In this document: positions 1 to 9,480 of the stretch, in pieces
Numbering within the stretch: position 1 is the stretch's first letter
How the letters are laid out: each line of letters opens with the position of its first letter
Assembly (NCBI GenBank): GCA_965199055.1
Contig: CBDAQR010000003.1
Location: 329,958 to 393,957, forward strand
Source: Halieaceae bacterium
Lineage (GTDB): Bacteria > Pseudomonadota > Gammaproteobacteria > Pseudomonadales > Halieaceae
Length of the DNA stretch: 64,000 nucleotides
Direction of reading: 5' to 3'
The notes under the pieces: model-generated
What the model saw: only the letters and a program-made list of their open reading frames with translations
Databases searched by the model: none
Told to the model about the DNA's origin: nothing
Translations under genes and position numbers: made by a program

Positions 1-867
1 CCCCGCCTCATTCATGGCCGTACGCACGGCATCGTGATACTGGCCATCCAGCGGTGTCATTGGCAGCCGCAGCGTCGGGCCACAGCGACCCATTTCCGCT
101 AGCGCCCACTTCACCGGAATCGGATTCGATTCCAGAAACAGTGTGCGGTTGAGGGAAGCCAGACGCGCATCGATGTCTCGGGCGGCGTCACTGTCGCCGG
201 CGCGAGCCACGCTCGCCACCTCGCTCACCAGACGCGGCGCCACATTGGCCGTCACCGAAATCGTACCGTCTGCGCCCATCAGCATCAGCTCAGTCGCGGT
301 TTCATCATCGCCGGAATACACGGCCATCTTGTTCTTGCAGATCGCGATGACTTCACGACCACGGTCAAGATCGCCTGTCGCTTCCTTTATTCCCACAATG
401 TTGTCGATATCCGCCAGGCGCGCGACGGTATCCGGCAGCATATCGACGCCCGTGCGACCGGGCACGTTGTAGAGTATCTGGGGAATAGCCACGGCCTCGG
501 CAATGTGACGGTGGTGTTGGTAAAGGCCTTCCTGGGTCGGCTTGTTGTAGTACGGAGTCACCAGCAGGCAGGCATCGGCTCCCGCGCCTTGCGCCGCCTG
601 GGTCAGCTCAACCGCCTCTGCCGTCGAGTTTGCGCCGGTACCCGCAATAACGGGCACACGGCCAGCCACCTGCTTAACCGCATGGGTAATGACTTCGCAA
701 TGTTCGGGTACCGCCAGGGTAGCGGATTCCCCCGTCGTACCAACGGCGACAATGCCATTGGTGCCTTCATCTATGTGCCAGTCGATAAGGGCATCCAGCG
801 CCTCCCAATCGACGGCACCGTCTGCCAGCATGGGAGTTACCAGGGCAACTAAACTGCCGCTAATCAT
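1..867 (-). CDS. dapA: 4-hydroxy-tetrahydrodipicolinate synthase (DapA), 3' end runs off the left edge of the window
   Basis: Reverse-strand translation from the ATG at 865-867 reads MISGSLVALVTPM...GTTGESATL...YNVPGRTG...IVGIKEATGD, which are the DapA hallmarks including the Schiff-base Lys context GIKEA. It is absent from the ORF track because its stop lies beyond position 1. About 289 codons are present. Confidence 0.9.
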   Translation of the reverse strand, partial: MISGSLVALVTPMLADGAVDWEALDALIDWHIDEGTNGIVAVGTTGESATLAVPEHCEVITHAVKQVAGRVPVIAGTGANSTAEAVELTQAAQGAGADACLLVTPYYNKPTQEGLYQHHRHIAEAVAIPQILYNVPGRTGVDMLPDTVARLADIDNIVGIKEATGDLDRGREVIAICKNKMAVYSGDDETATELMLMGADGTISVTANVAPRLVSEVASVARAGDSDAARDIDARLASLNRTLFLESNPIPVKWALAEMGRCGPTLRLPMTPLDGQYHDAVRTAMNEAG

Positions 868-997
868 GTCAAAACTCCAGAAATCGCTCCGAGGTACTGC
901 CCGCGGGAACTGCTTCAAATTGAAGACCGCAATTATCCATGTAACCGGGCAGATAACAACCGAGTTGGTCTAGAATACACGAGTAAGGAGAGAAGAA

Positions 998-1504
998 ATG
1001 CCATACCAACAAAGCCTGGTTTTCGCCTTTGCTGCACTAATAGCCCTGTTAAGCCTGGGTGCCATGGCAGAACAAGCCCCCCGGGTAAGCAGCCTGGGAG
1101 GCATCGATCGAGAGTTTATGGCGCAACAGCGCAGCCGCATCGACGACCTCGCACGCTTCAACCTGGGCCGTCAGCTTCGTGACGAAAAAACCAACGATCT
1201 CGATATCCTGCAAGTGTTGCTGGATCGGCGGCTGGTCAGAGCCGACCAGTCCCTGGAGTTGCAGGCCATGGGCGTAGTAATGGGTAATCTGCTGGCAGCA
1301 GAGCTGGATATGACCTGGGTAATCTACGAGGATCGCTATGGGCGCAGTCGCGCGCTGAAGATGAAGACCAGTGAGAACTACCTGTTTCCTATTACAATGA
1401 TTTCACGACGGGCGGAGGTAGGCGCGCGGGTAGATGTTGACGCGATATACGGCAAAGCCATTAGCGCGATGGAACCCTATCGCCGCGCCTTACCATTTCG
1501 CTAG
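998..1504 (+). CDS. exported hypothetical protein (possibly DUF3806-like)
   Basis: 168-aa ORF with an AAGGAG-like SD upstream and an N-terminal signal peptide (LVFAFAALIALLSLGAMA). I see no catalytic motif. The family name is from memory only. Confidence 0.7.
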   Translation: MPYQQSLVFAFAALIALLSLGAMAEQAPRVSSLGGIDREFMAQQRSRIDDLARFNLGRQLRDEKTNDLDILQVLLDRRLVRADQSLELQAMGVVMGNLLAAELDMTWVIYEDRYGRSRALKMKTSENYLFPITMISRRAEVGARVDVDAIYGKAISAMEPYRRALPFR

Positions 1505-1539
1505 TTGGCATTCGAAGGGACACCGCTTAACCTGTTCAC

Positions 1540-2661
1540 ATGGACGCGAGCTATCAATTAGAGGCTGACACCGGGGGCAATCAGGTTCTGGTCCTGCTGG
1601 GAGATTGGACCCTGCAAGAGGACTGCCCCGATTTCAGCGACCTGGTGCCCAAACTGGCCGGCCTCGAAAACCAGACCATCCAGTGCAGCACCGACAAACT
1701 GGGCGAGTGGGACAGTTCCCTGCCCGCCTTCCTCCTACAAGCATTCAACTACTGCCAGCAAAACGACATCCGCTTCGACTACTCGGGCCTGCCCGAAGGG
1801 GCACAGACACTGCTGACCGTCGCGACGGCAGTCAAAACGCATGTTCCACCCGAGCAAGAGCAGCGCAGTTGGCTACAAGCGCTGGACCCCACCGCAAAGC
1901 TGGGCAAGATAGCCGGAACGATCGAAGAGTCGCTGCAATTTATGGGCGAGACCACGGTAGCCATGGGGCGCTTGATAACGGGTCGCGCCAATACCCGCCG
2001 CGTCGATTTCCTGGATTTTATCTATCAGGCGGGACCCGCGGCCTTCGGCATTATCACCCTGACTAGTTTTCTCGTGGGCATGATTCTCGCCTATCTGGGT
2101 GCGGCGCAGCTGGCGCAGTTCGGCGCCCAGATCTATGTCGCCGACCTGGTAGCCATTGGTATGCTGCGAGAAATGGGCGTGCTGATGACCGCCGTGGTCA
2201 TGGCTGGCCGCACTGGCGCCGCCTATGCCGCTCAGTTGGGCACCATGCAAACCAACGAAGAGATCGATGCCATTGTGACCCTGGGCATCTCACCGATCGA
2301 ATTCCTCGTATTGCCACGCATGTTGGCGCTGGTGGTCATCATGCCCTTACTGGTGCTGTACGCCAACGTCATCGGTATTTTGGGGGGAGCCCTGGTGGCC
2401 GCCGGGATGGATGTGAGCTTTGTACAGTTCTGGCAGCAATTAAAAGGGGTGCTCAGCTTCACCCACCTGAATGTGGGCCTGGTAAAGAGCGTGTTCTTTG
2501 CCATGCTGATCGCCGTCGGCGGTTGTCGTGCAGGCATGCAGTGCGGCCGTTCCTCCGCCGCTGTCGGGCAGGCCGCCACCAACGCGGTCGTGGTTTCGAT
2601 TGTCTATCTAATCGTCGCCGATGCCGCGTTCAATATCATGTTTCAGAAGCTGGGTATTTAA
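1540..2661 (+). CDS. MlaE-family ABC transporter permease with an N-terminal STAS-like extension
   Basis: The C-terminal 250 aa are typical of MlaE/YrbE permeases (GAAQLAQFGAQIYVADLVAIGMLREMGVLMTAVVMAGRTGAAYAAQLGTMQTNEEIDA). It is first in a four-gene transporter operon. Confidence 0.85.
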   Translation: MDASYQLEADTGGNQVLVLLGDWTLQEDCPDFSDLVPKLAGLENQTIQCSTDKLGEWDSSLPAFLLQAFNYCQQNDIRFDYSGLPEGAQTLLTVATAVKTHVPPEQEQRSWLQALDPTAKLGKIAGTIEESLQFMGETTVAMGRLITGRANTRRVDFLDFIYQAGPAAFGIITLTSFLVGMILAYLGAAQLAQFGAQIYVADLVAIGMLREMGVLMTAVVMAGRTGAAYAAQLGTMQTNEEIDAIVTLGISPIEFLVLPRMLALVVIMPLLVLYANVIGILGGALVAAGMDVSFVQFWQQLKGVLSFTHLNVGLVKSVFFAMLIAVGGCRAGMQCGRSSAAVGQAATNAVVVSIVYLIVADAAFNIMFQKLGI

Positions 2662-2662
2662 G

Positions 2663-3439
2663 GTGACTGATAGGGACGTCCATATCCAGATCAAGGACCT
2701 GACCATGGCCTACGGGTCGAATTTGATCCAGTCCGACCTGAATTTCAATATTTATCGAGGCGACGTTTTCGTGGTCATGGGTGGCAGCGGCTGCGGCAAG
2801 AGTACACTGCTTAAACATATGATCGGGCTCTTTCCACCAGCGAAGGGTGATGTGTTCTATGGCGAGCACAGTTTTCAGCACGCTGACCCGCAGCAGCAGT
2901 TTGAAATGCGCCGCTCCTGGGGTATCAGCTACCAGACTGGCGGTCTGTTCTCGGCGATGACGCTGTCAGAGAACACTGCCCTACCCCTGCAGCAGTACAC
3001 AAGCCTGGGGCCGCGCGAAATCGATGACATCGTTGCCTATAAGCTGGCCTTAGTGGGGCTTGGCGGTTACCAGGAATACTACCCGTCAGAAATCTCCGGC
3101 GGCATGCGCAAACGAGCAGCGCTGGCGCGCGCGATAGCGCTGGATCCTGAAATTCTGTTCTTCGATGAACCCTCTGCCGGTCTCGACCCAATCAGCTCCT
3201 CGCTATTGGACGAGCTGATACTACAAATGCAGGAATCACTGGGCGCTACGGTCGTGCTGGTTACCCACGAGTTACCCAGCATCTTCGCTATCGCCAACAA
3301 CTCTGTGTTTCTGGACGCCGACACAAAAACCATGATTGACTATGGCGACCCTAAGGACCTGCGCGCCAATAGCCAGCATGAGAAAGTGAGGCGATTTCTT
3401 ACCCGCGGTGGCGGCGACAAACTGGGACAAACAGCATGA
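2663..3439 (+). CDS. ABC transporter ATP-binding protein (MlaF-like)
   Basis: It has Walker A GGSGCGKST, the signature SEISGGMRKR and Walker B ILFFDEP. I prefer the GTG start at 2663, 1 nt after the permease stop, over the track's 2621 start that overlaps the permease. Confidence 0.85.
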   Translation: MTDRDVHIQIKDLTMAYGSNLIQSDLNFNIYRGDVFVVMGGSGCGKSTLLKHMIGLFPPAKGDVFYGEHSFQHADPQQQFEMRRSWGISYQTGGLFSAMTLSENTALPLQQYTSLGPREIDDIVAYKLALVGLGGYQEYYPSEISGGMRKRAALARAIALDPEILFFDEPSAGLDPISSSLLDELILQMQESLGATVVLVTHELPSIFAIANNSVFLDADTKTMIDYGDPKDLRANSQHEKVRRFLTRGGGDKLGQTA

Positions 3440-4407
3440 GCAAACAGGCCAACACCGTTGCCATCGGCGCCTTCGTAGTCGGCGCGATGGTGATCTTATT
3501 CTCGCTGATTTTCTACATTTCCGGGAATGCGTTTCGCGGGAATACGGAAGATGCCGTCCTGGTATTCGATGGCTCCGTAAAGGGTCTCAAGATAGGTGCA
3601 CCTGTTGCGTTCAAGGGCGTGCAGATTGGCGAAGTGATCGACATCGATTTGGTGGTCGACACAGACACTTACGATGTGATCATGCCCGTGACCGTGCGTA
3701 TTCAGGGTGACACCATCAAAAAGACAGGCGCGAATCAGGACGACGACTCAACTAAGCACCTGCTAGATCGGGGCATGCGCGGCCAACTGCAGCTGCAGAG
3801 TCTGCTCACCGGCTTACTGTATATCCAGCTCGACTTCTTTCCTGACAGCAAAGAAAACTATTTCAGCTACGAAACGGACCTGGATCAGTTCCCTACCATA
3901 CCCACTGACCTGGAGCGTATATCACGCAACCTGCAAGAGCTCGACTTTGGCGCCACCTTTGAGGGGATTGAAAACAGCATCACCGGCCTGGACAAGCTGA
4001 TCAATAGCAACGAGATGCAGGCACTACCCGGCAACTTGAACCAATCTCTGACTGCAGTCGAAGAATTGAGCCGACGGCTCAAGCAGGAAGTAGACGCGCT
4101 CTCGCCGACACTGAATTCTCTCGCCACACACAGCGATGAGGCAGTCGTTGAATTTAATGAGGAATTGCCGAAACTCAGTGCGTCGGCACAAGAGACGCTG
4201 GCGGAGATTGACGCCACCCTCACCGCACTGCGCACCACACTGGATAACGTGGACTACGTGCTGTCAGACGACTCTGCCGTGCTCTACGATGTGCGCCAGG
4301 CGGCCAATGAACTCGGCGCGGCCGGGCGTGCCCTGCAATCCCTGGCGGAGACCCTTGAAACCCAACCCGAGTCCTTGCTCAAGGGCAAGTCACCCCTGGG
4401 TAATTGA
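3436..4407 (+). CDS. MlaD/PqiB-family MCE-domain protein
   Basis: ATGA overlap with the ATPase gene. It has an N-terminal TM anchor followed by an MCE domain (VLVFDGSVKGLKIGAPVAFKGVQIGEVIDIDL) and a long helical C-terminus. Confidence 0.85.
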   Translation: MSKQANTVAIGAFVVGAMVILFSLIFYISGNAFRGNTEDAVLVFDGSVKGLKIGAPVAFKGVQIGEVIDIDLVVDTDTYDVIMPVTVRIQGDTIKKTGANQDDDSTKHLLDRGMRGQLQLQSLLTGLLYIQLDFFPDSKENYFSYETDLDQFPTIPTDLERISRNLQELDFGATFEGIENSITGLDKLINSNEMQALPGNLNQSLTAVEELSRRLKQEVDALSPTLNSLATHSDEAVVEFNEELPKLSASAQETLAEIDATLTALRTTLDNVDYVLSDDSAVLYDVRQAANELGAAGRALQSLAETLETQPESLLKGKSPLGN

Positions 4408-4424
4408 TGATGAGGGAACTGATC

Positions 4425-4997
4425 ATGCGACACCACTGGATATCGGCGGTACTCATCGCCCTTCTCATCGCGGGCTGCGGCAGTACACCGCGCAGCAATT
4501 ACTATATGTTGAGCGCGGAGGCTGGAGGCACCCCGGGCATGAGTGGGCCTTCTATCGGGGTGGGACCGATTACCGTCCCGGATTATCTGAAGCGCAAGGA
4601 GATGGTGCTGAACCGCGATGCCAATCGTCTGGAATTGGCAGAGTACGATCGCTGGGCAGAAACCCTGGACGCGGGCATTTTGCGGGTTACCGCGCTCAAC
4701 CTGGCCTCTCTATTGGAAACCCAGCAGGTACAACGATTTCCCTGGCGGCGCAAAGCAGTCCCTGATTTCGGCATCAGTATCGCCGTGGTGGAGTTCAGCG
4801 TAAAAGGCACCAGCGCACTGCTGGTAGCAGAGTGGCGCGTGTCGAGCCCAAAAGACGGCACAGTGCTTAGCCAGCGCATCAGCAGTCTGGAAACCAGCGC
4901 GCGCAGCTCAGAACCCGCCGACGTGGCAGCAGCCTATAGCCAGCTATTGGCCAGATTGGCGGAGCAGATTGCTGCTGACATAAAAAAGGCGCCCTGA
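4425..4997 (+). CDS. PqiC/YmbA-type ABC-transport auxiliary lipoprotein
   Basis: It has a lipobox (LLIAGC) followed by GSTPRSNYYML, typical of the DUF330/PqiC family. GAGGGA lies 7 nt before the ATG at 4425; the track's longest ORF starts at 4404. Confidence 0.8.
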   Translation: MRHHWISAVLIALLIAGCGSTPRSNYYMLSAEAGGTPGMSGPSIGVGPITVPDYLKRKEMVLNRDANRLELAEYDRWAETLDAGILRVTALNLASLLETQQVQRFPWRRKAVPDFGISIAVVEFSVKGTSALLVAEWRVSSPKDGTVLSQRISSLETSARSSEPADVAAAYSQLLARLAEQIAADIKKAP

Positions 4998-5009
4998 AGG
5001 CGCCTTTTT
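4982..5009. terminator. bidirectional rho-independent terminator between convergent genes
   Basis: The sequence is AAAAAAGGCGCC-ctgaa-GGCGCCTTTTT. It forms a 6-bp GC stem extended by A/T pairing, with an A-tract on one side and a T-tract on the other. It overlaps the stop of the lipoprotein gene and sits 15 nt from the receptor stop. Confidence 0.8.
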
Positions 5010-5023
5010 CCTCTACAACCCCT

Positions 5024-7498
5024 TTAATTGAAGTTATAGCGCAGATCCATCCCGTACATACGCGGCTCTTCGCGGCGCGTGTATGCCGGTGAGCCGTCAG
5101 AGAAGTCGCTCGCCAGTTCGTTGCCGTTACCGCCAGCGTCGCTATCGGGCCCCCAATCGGTGGCGTTAGTCACCCAGGCACCGATCTCCCATTTGCCTTC
5201 CGGAGAGATCCAGGCGGCACGGGCATTGAGACGCTCCTCATCATCGAAATCTGGACAGGAGCCGAAGGGTGGCTCGGTCAGACTACCGGTCGCAGAGTCA
5301 TTGCTGATAATGAGATTGCCTTCAATCTCTTCGAACTCGTAGTAAGCGCCGGTACCATCGGCCAGCTCCTCCACATAGGCACAGCTAGTGCGATCCCCTT
5401 CGCCCTCTTTCCAGGCCCAGGACACGGAAAGAGAAGCTTCACTGCCATTGGTAAAGCCGTAGGTATAGTTCAGGCCGAGGCTATAGCTGAAATCATCGGC
5501 GAAGGTATCGCCTGACTTGTCCAGTACGACCGGCTCGCCGTTCACCTCTGAGCAACGATCCTTCTCCACAACCTCTGCATCGACCAGACCCGCATTGGCC
5601 CACAACTCCAGACCATCGGTGGCCAGCCAGGTGACAGACAACTCATAGCCATCGCCCTCGACATCGGAGGTCAGGAACTGGTGGCTGCCAAACTGACGGC
5701 CGAGACAGGCGCCGTCGACGAACTCCAGCTCCTGCAGGTTATCGTACTCGTAGTCAAAATAGGCCGCATTAATACGCAGGGTATTGTCGAACCAGGTCGA
5801 CTTGATGCCCGCCTCGTAAGTGGTGACCTCTTCCGGATCGAAGGGTGGATCATCGTTACGGGTGCCCACAGAGTTAAATCCACCCGCCTTGTAGCCTTCC
5901 GCATAGCTGGCATAGATCAAGACGTCATCCATCACGTGCCAGTCCAGCACCACACGGCCCGTCGTATCGTCCCAATCCTGGTCTTGATAGAACCAGCCCT
6001 GCTGTCCTTCCGGGAACGGCACCAGGTTGCCACTCTCATCGACCCGGGTCTCGTCGAACGCAAACCAGATACCGAAGTCGTTGTATTTCACATTACGGCC
6101 GAATTCCTTGTCGTCTTCGGTGTAGCGAATGCCCGCTGTCAGATCCAGGTTATCGAGAATCGACCAGGTAATATCGCCGAATACGGCCCATGACTCGTAT
6201 TCACCATCGATGTCAATCCACTCACTGTAGAAGCCGGCCGCGAGCGCTTCCTGGCCATTACTGTATTCGCGCGGGATATCCGCGAAATCCGGCACAGCGA
6301 AAGCCACGTCATAGCCAAAGCCGGGATCGAAAGTGCCGTAGGGCGCGCCGATTTCTGCCTCGACGATCAACTTGTCGACGGCGATGGTGCTGAGGGTGAT
6401 GCCACTGGTCTGCTTGGCGTTTTCCTTGTTGTAGTTTGCGCCGACCAGCCAGGTGAAGTTCTCGCCCATCTCACCGTTGAAGCGGAACTCCTGGCTCCAC
6501 TGGTCATTGTCTTCTGCGTTGTAGTCCGTGAAGCGGTACAGCGGATTTGCGGTGCCATCCTGCTCCTCAGGGTTTTCGGTCTCATATTCGCGGTAGGCCG
6601 TGATCGACGTGAAAGTCGCCCAGGACATGTCAAAGGTGACATGCAGTGAGGTGCCGAACAAATCAAGGGTTTCTTCGAGCTTTTCTTCGCTTTCCACGTC
6701 ATCAAAGTCAGCGCCGCGGTTGTCTCTCAAACCCAATACTGCACTGGAGGCCGGACGTGAATCCTGGTCGACCTCGTCGTATTCCACACGCCACAGGATG
6801 TCGAGGTTGTCCGAAGGTTCCCAGCGCAGGCTGGTGGTAATTGACCAGTTGTCCTCGCGCGCCAGATCGTCTCCATTAAACTTGTTGTCGATGAACCCGT
6901 CGCGCTCGTTCCACAGGGCGCTAGTGCGCCAGTAGACATTGTCCGCCAGCGGCATATTCCAAACGCCCTCTAGTTGGGTGCGGTCGTAGTCTCCGATGGT
7001 GGCGCGCACCCAGCCCTCGGTGTCGTCGATAGGCTTGTTGGTCACGTACTGGATGGCACCGGCGGCCGCGTTACGGCCAAACAACGTGCCCTGGGGACCG
7101 TTCAGAATCTCGATACGCTCAATATCATTGAAGGCGGTCTTCGACCCGCCAGAACGGCCGATGTAAACGCCGTCGATATAGACGCCCACAGCCGGATCAG
7201 ACCCGATACCAAAATCATTAGTGCCGATACCGCGAATCGAGTAGCGCGGCTGGTTTGCGCCGCGGCCAATGTCCACGTTGGGCGTGAATATACTGAGGTC
7301 GCCGATGTCCTGAGCGCCGAGATTATCGATCGCCTGGCGATCAAATGCTTGTACGGAAATCGGCACGTCTTGCAGGCCCTGCTCTCGCTTCTGGGCCGTA
7401 ACAATGACTTCTTCGAGCCCCTGCGCATGACTGACCCCACTGAGGCTGGCGAGCGACAGCGCGGCGACTATACCGCGGTACATACTACTTCTGTTCAT
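5024..7498 (-). CDS. TonB-dependent receptor
   Basis: It has a signal peptide, then a TonB-box/plug region (LEEVIVTAQKREQGLQDVPISVQAF, RIEILNGPQGTLFGRNAAAGAI) and the C-terminal beta-barrel ending MDLRYNFN. Confidence 0.95.
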   Translation of the reverse strand: MNRSSMYRGIVAALSLASLSGVSHAQGLEEVIVTAQKREQGLQDVPISVQAFDRQAIDNLGAQDIGDLSIFTPNVDIGRGANQPRYSIRGIGTNDFGIGSDPAVGVYIDGVYIGRSGGSKTAFNDIERIEILNGPQGTLFGRNAAAGAIQYVTNKPIDDTEGWVRATIGDYDRTQLEGVWNMPLADNVYWRTSALWNERDGFIDNKFNGDDLAREDNWSITTSLRWEPSDNLDILWRVEYDEVDQDSRPASSAVLGLRDNRGADFDDVESEEKLEETLDLFGTSLHVTFDMSWATFTSITAYREYETENPEEQDGTANPLYRFTDYNAEDNDQWSQEFRFNGEMGENFTWLVGANYNKENAKQTSGITLSTIAVDKLIVEAEIGAPYGTFDPGFGYDVAFAVPDFADIPREYSNGQEALAAGFYSEWIDIDGEYESWAVFGDITWSILDNLDLTAGIRYTEDDKEFGRNVKYNDFGIWFAFDETRVDESGNLVPFPEGQQGWFYQDQDWDDTTGRVVLDWHVMDDVLIYASYAEGYKAGGFNSVGTRNDDPPFDPEEVTTYEAGIKSTWFDNTLRINAAYFDYEYDNLQELEFVDGACLGRQFGSHQFLTSDVEGDGYELSVTWLATDGLELWANAGLVDAEVVEKDRCSEVNGEPVVLDKSGDTFADDFSYSLGLNYTYGFTNGSEASLSVSWAWKEGEGDRTSCAYVEELADGTGAYYEFEEIEGNLIISNDSATGSLTEPPFGSCPDFDDEERLNARAAWISPEGKWEIGAWVTNATDWGPDSDAGGNGNELASDFSDGSPAYTRREEPRMYGMDLRYNFN

Positions 7499-7586
7499 TA
7501 TGATGATTCCCCCAGAGCAGGCAGCACTACCATGGCCACGCTCTAATATTTTGATAGCGAATGGATTATTGTTATAGGAATAAGTC

Positions 7587-8279
7587 TTATTCTACTTCCA
7601 GTAGGAAGCCGTCGGCAACCGCTTGCAGGAGACCGATGTCCTTGGAACGCGCGTTATTGACCTCGCGAGACAGCGGTAATATCTGCAGATTGGTCTTCAG
7701 CTGCGGCGCAAACAGCGGCTCATTTGCCGCCGGCACCTGGTCACAGTCCAGCCAGCGCTGCCGTTCTTCACCCACCAGTATCACCGGCATGCGCTTGTGC
7801 AACTGCTCGAACTGCGGCGCAGCCGCCGTCGTCACCACGGCGCAGGTTTCGATCACTTCGTGCTCCTCCTCTCGCTTGCCCTCCCAGCGGTCCCAGATAG
7901 CCGCCAGGGCCAGCGCGCCCTCGGTGGACGATATCAGGTAGGGCTGGCGCCCACCCTGCTCGCTGCGCCACTCGATAAAGGACGAGATGGGAACGATGCC
8001 GCGACGGCGTTTGAAAGGTTCTGCAAACGCTCGGCTGGTAGCGATGGTTTCGCTGCGGGCGTTAAACATGGAGCACTTCTGATCGACCTGTTTTGCCCAG
8101 CGTGGCGTCAGCCACCAGCGCACCTGGGCCAATTCATTGCCCTGCTCGCCGCTGCGTATCATCGCAATTGTTTCCGTCGGCGCAATATTGCTGCGCGTGG
8201 GCAAACCCAGGTCTATTCCCAGTTCGCGCAGCAGTTGCTGCAGTTCCGGGTTATCAATGACATTCACACGCCCACACAT
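7587..8279 (-). CDS. SOS-response-associated peptidase (SRAP/YedK family)
   Basis: It starts MCGRVNV with the catalytic Cys2, and its length of 230 aa and overall pattern fit the SRAP family. Confidence 0.85.
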   Translation of the reverse strand: MCGRVNVIDNPELQQLLRELGIDLGLPTRSNIAPTETIAMIRSGEQGNELAQVRWWLTPRWAKQVDQKCSMFNARSETIATSRAFAEPFKRRRGIVPISSFIEWRSEQGGRQPYLISSTEGALALAAIWDRWEGKREEEHEVIETCAVVTTAAAPQFEQLHKRMPVILVGEERQRWLDCDQVPAANEPLFAPQLKTNLQILPLSREVNNARSKDIGLLQAVADGFLLEVE

Positions 8280-8331
8280 ACCGATAGTGTATACGAGGGC
8301 GGCGAAGCTGGCTCAGCGGCTGCGGCGTGAA

Positions 8332-9468
8332 TTAACTGCAGTACACGTCCCCGGCGGCAATACGCTTACCCAGGTCCGCCAACTGCCGGGCACTGCCGCC
8401 CAGCATGGTTTCGTTGTGTCGCGCCCACAAGCACAGCCGCCACAAAGGATAATCGCGATCAATCCCGGTCCCGCCATGCAGGTGCTGCGAAGCATAACTA
8501 ACCCGATGCCCGACATCGCCGGCCCAAATTTTGGCTACCTGCACCTCAGTCGTTGCCGGTGATTCGCCATCCAGCAGACTGACGGCCTGATACGTATTCA
8601 GGCGCAGGCACTCCACGTCAATGAAACAGTTCGCAGCCCGATGCCCCACAGCCTGAAAGGTCGCAATAGGCACGTCAAATTGCTTGCGTTCTGCCGTGTA
8701 GCTGGCCGTCATACGCATCGACTGATCGGTCACACCCACCTGGTGCGCGCAAAGAGCGGTCGCAGTGCGCTCGCTCAACCATTGCATCACCGCAGCGCCG
8801 GTCTCCGGTCCGGCCAGGACGTCATCCGCCTCAACCATTACCTCTTTTAGGTCCAGCTGATACTGCGGTTCATAGGTGGTGTACTGCGTTTCGGTGAGGG
8901 CCACTCCGTTAGCCCGGGGATCGACCAGCAGGACGACCGTACCGGTATCGGTTTTGGCCGATAGCAATAATCGATGCGCCTGCTGCGCAAAAGGCACGCA
9001 GGTTTTTACTCCGCTCACCCGAAAACCGGAAGCTTCCGGCACCGCTTCGGTGGTATTGGGTTGCGCGGGGTCTTCGCTGCCCAGCTCATTCAACGCCGCG
9101 GTGAGCAACTGGCTGCCATCGACGGCACCCGGCAGCAACGCCTGTTTCTGCGCCTCGGAACCAAACCGCTGGATAGGCAGCGCAGCCGACACCAGATGGG
9201 GTATCACAGGCACCGGCGCGATGGTACGCCCCACTTCCTCGACCAGTAGCGCCAGCTCAGTAAAACCAAAGCCCATACCGCCATAGGACTCATCGATGGC
9301 GACGCCCAGCAGCCCGGCTTCGACCAACTGCTGCCACAGCTCGCGATCGAAGGCCTCCTCGGCATATTCGTCGAAGGCGGCCAGTTTCTCTGCCGTTACC
9401 TGCTCGGAGAGAATCTGGCGAGCCAGGGTTTGTACTTCGCGTTGTTCTTCTGAAAATCCAAAGTCCAT
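8332..9468 (-). CDS. acyl-CoA dehydrogenase family protein
   Basis: It has the ACAD N/M/C domain pattern (MDFGFSEEQREV..., YGGMGFGF, ERKQFDVPIATFQAV). It is downstream of, and 12 nt from, a second ACAD gene. Confidence 0.9.
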   Translation of the reverse strand: MDFGFSEEQREVQTLARQILSEQVTAEKLAAFDEYAEEAFDRELWQQLVEAGLLGVAIDESYGGMGFGFTELALLVEEVGRTIAPVPVIPHLVSAALPIQRFGSEAQKQALLPGAVDGSQLLTAALNELGSEDPAQPNTTEAVPEASGFRVSGVKTCVPFAQQAHRLLLSAKTDTGTVVLLVDPRANGVALTETQYTTYEPQYQLDLKEVMVEADDVLAGPETGAAVMQWLSERTATALCAHQVGVTDQSMRMTASYTAERKQFDVPIATFQAVGHRAANCFIDVECLRLNTYQAVSLLDGESPATTEVQVAKIWAGDVGHRVSYASQHLHGGTGIDRDYPLWRLCLWARHNETMLGGSARQLADLGKRIAAGDVYCS

Positions 9469-9480
9469 GCTGCTATCCCC

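Noticed and set aside
7525-7580. There may be a Fur box or operator upstream of the first TonB receptor (TGATAGCGAATGGATTATTGTTATAGG).
   Set aside because: The best alignment to the Fur consensus is about 8-10 of 19, and there is no clear dyad symmetry.
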